Positions 58,580 to 64,000 of a DNA stretch of 64,000 nt are shown piece by piece. This DNA comes from Trueperaceae bacterium. GTDB lineage: Bacteria > Deinococcota > Deinococci > Deinococcales > Trueperaceae. Position 1 is the stretch's first letter. Each line of letters begins with the position of its first letter. The stretch is from the NCBI GenBank assembly GCA_965213705.1, contig OZ243913.1, forward strand, positions 1,312,001-1,376,000. Direction: 5' to 3'. The translations under genes and the position numbers were made by a program. The notes beneath the pieces were generated by a model. It had not been told where the DNA came from. It saw only the letters and a program-made list of their open reading frames with translations, and ran no database searches.

Positions 58580-58858
58580 ATGACTTCCGAACTACCCGTT
58601 TACCTGACGCTCAAGCTCAAAACGACGCTCGAGCGCGTGACGGAGGCCGCGCGGGCCAAAGGACTCGAGGCTTTGTTCGCCTACGAACTTTTCGACCTGG
58701 AACACCAGGTGGCGGAAGCCTCGGCCCGCCAGGACCCCGACCTCGCCAAAAAAGCGCTCACCCAGGAAGCCCGTCTGCTCAACCGTATTGAAAGTTTGCC
58801 GGGCAAGCCGCCGACCGGCTCACGCCGGACGCCGCCGAACGCTTTGCGGCGCGGCTGA
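58580..58858 (+). CDS. Hypothetical protein
   Basis: 92 aa helical ORF; TAGGCT -10 box 6 nt upstream. Confidence 0.7.
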   Translation: MTSELPVYLTLKLKTTLERVTEAARAKGLEALFAYELFDLEHQVAEASARQDPDLAKKALTQEARLLNRIESLPGKPPTGSRRTPPNALRRG

Positions 58859-58924
58859 GCGCTTCAGCTCGAGCCCGACGTTGCCGACCCCGTCGTTTCT
58901 AACCCAGCCGGTTTAGACTGGTTC

Positions 58925-59281
58925 ATGACTAAAGGTAGGACGCTCGAGCCGAACTTTAGAAGTTTGGTCATCCGCCTCGTCAAAGCGGTGCCCGCCGGCA
59001 AAGTCGCCACCTACGGCCAAATCGCGGCGCTCGCGGGCTCGCCGCAGGCGGCGCGGCAGGTGGGCGGGGTGCTGAACGGTTTGAAAGAGTCTGAAGACGT
59101 GCCCTGGCAGCGCGTCATCAACGCGGCGGGCGGGCTGTCGACCTACAAAATCGGCTACGGCGAGTTGCAACGGGCGCTGCTCAGCGCCGAGGGCGTGCAG
59201 GTGTCCGCCGACAACACGGTCGACTTGAGCGTTTACCAGTGGCGCCTCGGCGACGAGGCCGAGCAGGGAAGACTGTTTTAA
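58925..59281 (+). CDS. Alkyltransferase-like protein (ATL, MGMT family)
   Basis: VPAGKVATYGQIA, ARQVG, PWQRV (Trp replaces the catalytic Cys). Confidence 0.9.
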   Translation: MTKGRTLEPNFRSLVIRLVKAVPAGKVATYGQIAALAGSPQAARQVGGVLNGLKESEDVPWQRVINAAGGLSTYKIGYGELQRALLSAEGVQVSADNTVDLSVYQWRLGDEAEQGRLF

Positions 59282-59337
59282 CTTTCTTTTCAAGACCGGG
59301 GCGAGGCGCTGTCGACGCCGCCCCGGTATGATGCCCT

Positions 59338-60486
59338 ATGGCTGACTTTGCATCGGAACTCGCGCTTGCCCAAGCCCTCATCCAAACCGACAGTCCTTCG
59401 GAACACGAGCGCGAGGTCATGGCGCTCATGGTCGCGGCGCTCGAGAGTTTGGGCTTCGACGAGGCCTACCTCGACCGGGCGGGCAACGCCGTCGGGGTGT
59501 TCCGGCGCGGCGAATCCCCGACGGTGATGTTCAACGGCCACTTGGACACGGTGCCTTACGGGGACGCGTCGCTGTGGGAGCACGGGCCGCTCTCGGGAGA
59601 CGTTGCGGACGGTTACCTGTGGGGCCGCGGCTCGGTCGACATGAAGTCGGCCCTGGCCTGTATGGCTTTTGCCGCCAAAGACGCTGTGGCAGCCGGTTTC
59701 CAGGGCACTTTGAGCGTGACGGCGGTCGTTCAGGAGGAAATCGGCGGCCTCGGCGCGCGGCACCTGCAAGAAAACATGAAAGCAGACGTGGTGATTTTGG
59801 GCGAGCCGAGCAACCTCAACCTGATGCTCGGGCACCGCGGGCGTTTGGAAGTCGAGGTGCGGTTGCCGGGCAAAATCGCCCACGCCGCCAAAAACGAACT
59901 CGGCGACAACGCGCTCTACCACGCGGCGGAACTCCTCGACAAGCTCAGGATTTTGGAGCTGCCCGCGGGCGGCCCCTTGGGCGGGTCGACCCTCACGCCG
60001 ACGCACCTCGTCTCGCAGCCGCAAAACGGCAAAAACGTGGTGCCGGGCCGGGCCGACTTGACGATTGACTACCGCAACATCCCCGGCGACGAGCCCGCGG
60101 CGATTTTGGAGCGCCTGAAAACGCTTCTGCCCGCGGCGACGTTCGTCGTCCACGACGTTGAAGCGAAAAGCGAGGACGGCGCGGTCACGGTGCGCTATCC
60201 GCAGTACATCGAACCCTACCTGGCACCGGGTGAAAATCGGCTGGTGAACGTGGCGCGCGCGGCGCTGAAAAAAAGCCTCGAGCCCTTCGACGTTCCTTTC
60301 GAGGAGCGCGTCTGGTGGTTTGCGACCGACGCGCCGCACCTGAGCGAAATGGGTTGCCCGGTTATCGGCTTCGGACCCGGCGACGAGGACCTTGCCCACA
60401 CCACCCGTGAGCGTGTGCCGCTGCGGCACTTGGAAGTGGCGCGGGCGGTGTACCGGGACCTCGCGCTGGCTTACGCGGGTTCGTAA
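59338..60486 (+). CDS. M20 peptidase/deacylase
   Basis: GHLDTV, GRGSVDMK, QEE, GEP, AHT. Confidence 0.92.
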   Translation: MADFASELALAQALIQTDSPSEHEREVMALMVAALESLGFDEAYLDRAGNAVGVFRRGESPTVMFNGHLDTVPYGDASLWEHGPLSGDVADGYLWGRGSVDMKSALACMAFAAKDAVAAGFQGTLSVTAVVQEEIGGLGARHLQENMKADVVILGEPSNLNLMLGHRGRLEVEVRLPGKIAHAAKNELGDNALYHAAELLDKLRILELPAGGPLGGSTLTPTHLVSQPQNGKNVVPGRADLTIDYRNIPGDEPAAILERLKTLLPAATFVVHDVEAKSEDGAVTVRYPQYIEPYLAPGENRLVNVARAALKKSLEPFDVPFEERVWWFATDAPHLSEMGCPVIGFGPGDEDLAHTTRERVPLRHLEVARAVYRDLALAYAGS

Positions 60487-60541
60487 CCGTTGAGCTGCGT
60501 TTCGGGTAGAATGACGCTATGAACAACCCGAAAAGGCTAGT

Positions 60542-60883
60542 ATGAAAGGCGAAGTCATGCTCGTCAACGGTGACCGCTGGACGGTCGTCGACGTCGCCCC
60601 GGCCGCGCCGCTGGCCGAAATGGTCGCGGTCATCCTGGAAGAAGAGGGTTTTCTGGTGATGACCAAAGGCCCCGACATGGTCTCCGACGTGTTTACCCAC
60701 ATGGGCACCCACAGCCTCGGCACCACCTACGTCCTCGTGCCCGAGCAGGACGGCGAGCGAGCGCTCCAAATCGTCGCCGAGACGGTCACGGACTACGAGG
60801 GTGACGACTTAGACGAAATGCTCACTGTGCAAGCCCTGGAAGCAACCGGTGAAACCGGCTACGAAGACGAGGACGACTTTTAG
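60542..60883 (+). CDS. Hypothetical protein with acidic tail
   Basis: 113 aa ORF, host-like codon use. Confidence 0.75.
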   Translation: MKGEVMLVNGDRWTVVDVAPAAPLAEMVAVILEEEGFLVMTKGPDMVSDVFTHMGTHSLGTTYVLVPEQDGERALQIVAETVTDYEGDDLDEMLTVQALEATGETGYEDEDDF

Positions 60884-61140
60884 ACTGATTCGTACTCTTC
60901 GCAACTCCGCTTTTGGAGCAGAGGAGTAGAGGCTCGGACTTTACTGTTGCCTTTACAGTGGTGTTTGGCAACAGGTACTCGTCTCAATAAAATAAGTCGT
61001 ACGAGTTGTGTGCCAACCCGGCGTAAGTCCGGCAGTACGATTCGGCTTTGGAATTGTTCAAAGATTTCGGTCGAAAGTTCGCGCTCGAGCCGAGACGCTC
61101 GAGCCTGCAGTACCTTTTTACACCGTCTACAACAGCAGAA

Positions 61141-61158
61141 CGCCCGCCGAAGCGGGCG
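61141..61158 (-). terminator. Hairpin downstream of HU
   Basis: CGCCCGC-TTCG-GCGGGCG on the minus strand. Confidence 0.7.
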
Positions 61159-61181
61159 CACCGTCTTCGTTTCAAACTGGT

Positions 61182-61469
61182 TCAGCTGTTGACGCTGTCT
61201 TTAAGGCTTTTGCCCGCTTTGAACGCTGGGGCCTTGCTGGCGGGAATGGTGATTTTTTCGCTCGTGCCCGGTTTGACGCCGGTCCGCTCCTGGCGCTGCC
61301 GCACCTCAAACGCGCCAAAGCCGGTGATTTGCACCTTGTCACCCCGTTTGAGGTGTTCGGTGATGTGGTCGAACACGGCGTCCACCGCTTGCTTGGTGTC
61401 CTGCTTGCTCATGCCCGTGCTCTCTGAAACCTTGTCGACCAAGTGTCCTTTGTTGACTGTTTCTGCCAT
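61182..61469 (-). CDS. hup: DNA-binding protein HU
   Basis: VQITGFGAFEVRQRQERTG..P...IPASKAPAFKAGK. Confidence 0.96.
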   Translation of the reverse strand: MAETVNKGHLVDKVSESTGMSKQDTKQAVDAVFDHITEHLKRGDKVQITGFGAFEVRQRQERTGVKPGTSEKITIPASKAPAFKAGKSLKDSVNS

Positions 61470-61676
61470 TTTTTCCTCCTCCGCTGCACCATATCACATA
61501 AACGCCGTTAGCGACGCAAAAAGGGAGTAAAAGACCCCTAGTGAGGTGCGGGCTACGGGCGAACTCAGGACGACCGGACAAAGACGGAACAAAACACAGG
61601 ACGGGCCGACGCGCTTGCCGGCACGACTGCACTTGCCGGCTCACAGCCCAGTATGGCGCAGGGTTTATACTCTCTT

Positions 61677-62429
61677 ATGCAACGTTTACTAGATACCATG
61701 CGCACCCTGCGGGGTCCGGACGGTTGCCCCTGGGACCGCGAACAAACCCACGCCTCGCTGCGCCCCTACTTGTTGGAGGAGGCCGCGGAAGCCGTCGACG
61801 CGCTCGCGTCCGGTGACACGGCCGCCGTGACCGAAGAACTCGGCGACGTGCTTTTACAGGTCGCTTTTCACGCGGTGATTGCCGAAGAAGCCGGAACCTA
61901 CGCCTACGAGGACATAGAAACGGCCATCGTCGCCAAACTGGTGCGGCGGCACCCCCACGTGTTCGGGGACGTGCAGGTCAAAGACGCCGCCGAGGTCGTG
62001 GCGAACTGGCAGACCATCAAGGCTGCGGAAAAAACCCAGCCCCGCCCGGCTGAGAGCGTGCCGCACAGTTTACCCGCCCTGATGCGCGCTTTCGAGTTGG
62101 GGCGCAAGCTCGCTTTAGCCACGCCCTCCCAAACCGACCTCGCGACCCTAGTGGCGGCCGCCCCGACCTCGGCGGAGGATGTGGGCCGACTGCTGCTCGC
62201 GGTGGCGAATTACGCGCGCGGGCTGGGGGTCAACCCGGAGTTGGCCCTGCGCGACGCCCTAACCGAGACGTTGGCAGCCGCCCGGACGGAAGCCGCCCAG
62301 ACAGAAACCGCTCAGCCAGCAACCCCCCAGCCAGCAACCCCCCAGGCAGACGCGCCCACAGACAACCGAACGGACAGCAGAAAAGACGACCGAGCGGAAC
62401 CCGCACTCAAAAGTGCAGGCACGCTCTAA
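61677..62429 (+). CDS. mazG: MazG nucleotide pyrophosphohydrolase
   Basis: GCPWDREQTH, EELGDVLLQV.FH, KLVRRHPHVF. Confidence 0.92.
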   Translation: MQRLLDTMRTLRGPDGCPWDREQTHASLRPYLLEEAAEAVDALASGDTAAVTEELGDVLLQVAFHAVIAEEAGTYAYEDIETAIVAKLVRRHPHVFGDVQVKDAAEVVANWQTIKAAEKTQPRPAESVPHSLPALMRAFELGRKLALATPSQTDLATLVAAAPTSAEDVGRLLLAVANYARGLGVNPELALRDALTETLAAARTEAAQTETAQPATPQPATPQADAPTDNRTDSRKDDRAEPALKSAGTL

Positions 62430-62430
62430 G

Positions 62431-63003
62431 GTGCTCGAGCCCGCAGGTTTACGCGCCGTTCTCGCGTCCCGCCCGCAAGAAACCCTGCACATCGAAGGGT
62501 TTCGCCGCGCCGCCGTGCTCGTCCCCTTGTTGCAGGGCGACGCAGGTTTGGAGGTGCTGTTCACGGTGCGCGCCAGCGGTTTGAGCAACCACGCCTCGCA
62601 GATTTCGTTTCCGGGCGGCCGGGTCGACGCCGGTGAAAGCTTGGACGCCGCGGCGCGGCGCGAAACTTTTGAGGAGACGGGTCTCGTCGTGCCCCCCGAG
62701 GCCCTGCTCGGGCATTTGGACGAGCACCCCTCGCCCGCGCGGTACATCGTCACGCCTGTTGTGGCGGCGCTGCCCTGGCCGCAACCCCTCACCCTCAACC
62801 CGGCCGAGGTGTCGGGCACCTTTGCCGCGCCGCTGGACGCACTGCTGGACTTAGAGCCCTACACCGAAGAACGCCAGATGATGCACTACCGCCGCCGCCT
62901 CCACTTTTATCCGTACGGCGACCGGCTTATTTGGGGTTTGACCGGCAACGTTTTAAAAAGCCTGCTCGACCTGTTTCGGGGCGCGGGCGTCGGGGCGGTG
63001 TGA
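62431..63003 (+). CDS. CoA pyrophosphatase (NUDIX)
   Basis: AAVLVPL, HASQISFPGG, RETFEETG, IWGLTG. Confidence 0.92.
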   Translation: MLEPAGLRAVLASRPQETLHIEGFRRAAVLVPLLQGDAGLEVLFTVRASGLSNHASQISFPGGRVDAGESLDAAARRETFEETGLVVPPEALLGHLDEHPSPARYIVTPVVAALPWPQPLTLNPAEVSGTFAAPLDALLDLEPYTEERQMMHYRRRLHFYPYGDRLIWGLTGNVLKSLLDLFRGAGVGAV

Positions 63004-63096
63004 GGTGCCGGCCGAGCATGGGAGAAAGCAGTTCGGAAAACAGACCGGGCCGGGGGAGAGTCGGGAACGGAGTCTTTTGAGCGCGGGGGGGACTTC

Positions 63097-64000
63097 GTGA
63101 AGCGGCGAGAACTTCGCGTCAAGGGTGACGACACCTCTTACGCGTTTTCGGTCGGGGAAATCGTCGAGTCGTTGCAGGGCGTCGGGGTGCCGACCGACGA
63201 GGCGATTCGCATCGCGCGGACGACCGAAAAGTATTACCGGGGCGAGGGCACCAAAACCGTCAGGTTGGAAAAACTCGTCGACCGCGTCGCCAAAACGTTG
63301 GAAGACGTGGTCTCGGGCGAGGCCGCCGCGCGCTTCCGCGTCCAGACGCCGCCGTTCGTGCCCCTGGAAGTGCAAGCCGACGACAACGCCACACCCTTTT
63401 CAAAACGGGTGCTGGCAAATTCTCTGGAGTCGGTCGGCCTCCGCTTCAAAGAAGCGCGGGCGGTCGCGGGCGAGGTCGAGCAGGGGTTGCGCAGCAAAGG
63501 CTACCGCTTTGTCAACGAACTGGAACTGCGTCACCTCGTGGCGCTGGCGCTGGAGGGCCGTTTCGGCCGCGACGCGCGCATCCGCTACGAGTCGCAGACC
63601 GGCGCGGCGTTCGAAGTCCAGGTCGTCGAGGACGGCGGCCTACGGTTTCCGTTTTCACGGGGCATTTTGGCGCAGTCGATGATGGCGATTGGGCTCGGCC
63701 CCGAGCTGTCTTACACCTTTGCCAAACACCTGGAAAACGTCTTGTTGCACAAGGGGTTGAGCACCGTCGACCGCGACAAGTTGCACGGCGAGGTCAAGGC
63801 GTTTTTGCTTGAAGAAGCCGGGGAAGAGTTTGCGCGCCGCTTCGACCTTATGCGGAACGTGCGCCGCCCGGACAAACCGATTCTGGTTCTCATCGGCGGC
63901 GCGCCGGGGGTGGGTAAGTCGTCCCTGGCGGCCGAACTCGCCTACCGGCTCGGGATTCGCCGGGTGGTGTCGTCCGACGCCGTCCGCGAGGCGTTGCGCT
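63097..64000 (+). CDS. 2-phosphoglycerate kinase-like protein with three ATP-cone-like repeats (runs off window end)
   Basis: Not in the ORF track. AFSVGEIVESL / PFSKRVLANSL / PFSRGILAQSM repeats, then ILVLIGGAPGVGKS...RLGIRRVVSSDAVRE. Confidence 0.88.
   Translation, partial: MKRRELRVKGDDTSYAFSVGEIVESLQGVGVPTDEAIRIARTTEKYYRGEGTKTVRLEKLVDRVAKTLEDVVSGEAAARFRVQTPPFVPLEVQADDNATPFSKRVLANSLESVGLRFKEARAVAGEVEQGLRSKGYRFVNELELRHLVALALEGRFGRDARIRYESQTGAAFEVQVVEDGGLRFPFSRGILAQSMMAIGLGPELSYTFAKHLENVLLHKGLSTVDRDKLHGEVKAFLLEEAGEEFARRFDLMRNVRRPDKPILVLIGGAPGVGKSSLAAELAYRLGIRRVVSSDAVREALR

Overview
GC-rich bacterial chromosomal segment, most consistent with a Deinococcota (Truepera-like) genome. This is inferred from gene content, frequent leaderless TAnnnT promoters and strong CTCGAG enrichment. 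Most of the window is carbohydrate uptake/catabolism and housekeeping. There are three LacI/ABC-type sugar loci (GH3; GH130 plus two unknown secreted proteins; GH4 melA plus an ASPIC/UnbV protein, next to galK and gnd). There is also an algF-algI-algJ O-acetylation cassette with two secreted LIP-family esterases, PolX-PHP, phnDCEE, coaX, miaB, HU, mazG and an ATP-cone 2-phosphoglycerate kinase. About 5.0-19.4 kb is an accessory, partly decayed region. It holds an orphan sugar-binding protein, KaiC-like and sensor-kinase pseudogene remnants, TraX, an iteron-like repeat cluster, two Xre regulators with palindromic operators, a RES/Xre toxin-antitoxin pair, several ORFans and an intact IS630. I saw no tRNA, rRNA, CRISPR array or integrase. 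All functional calls come from motif recognition by eye, not from database searches.
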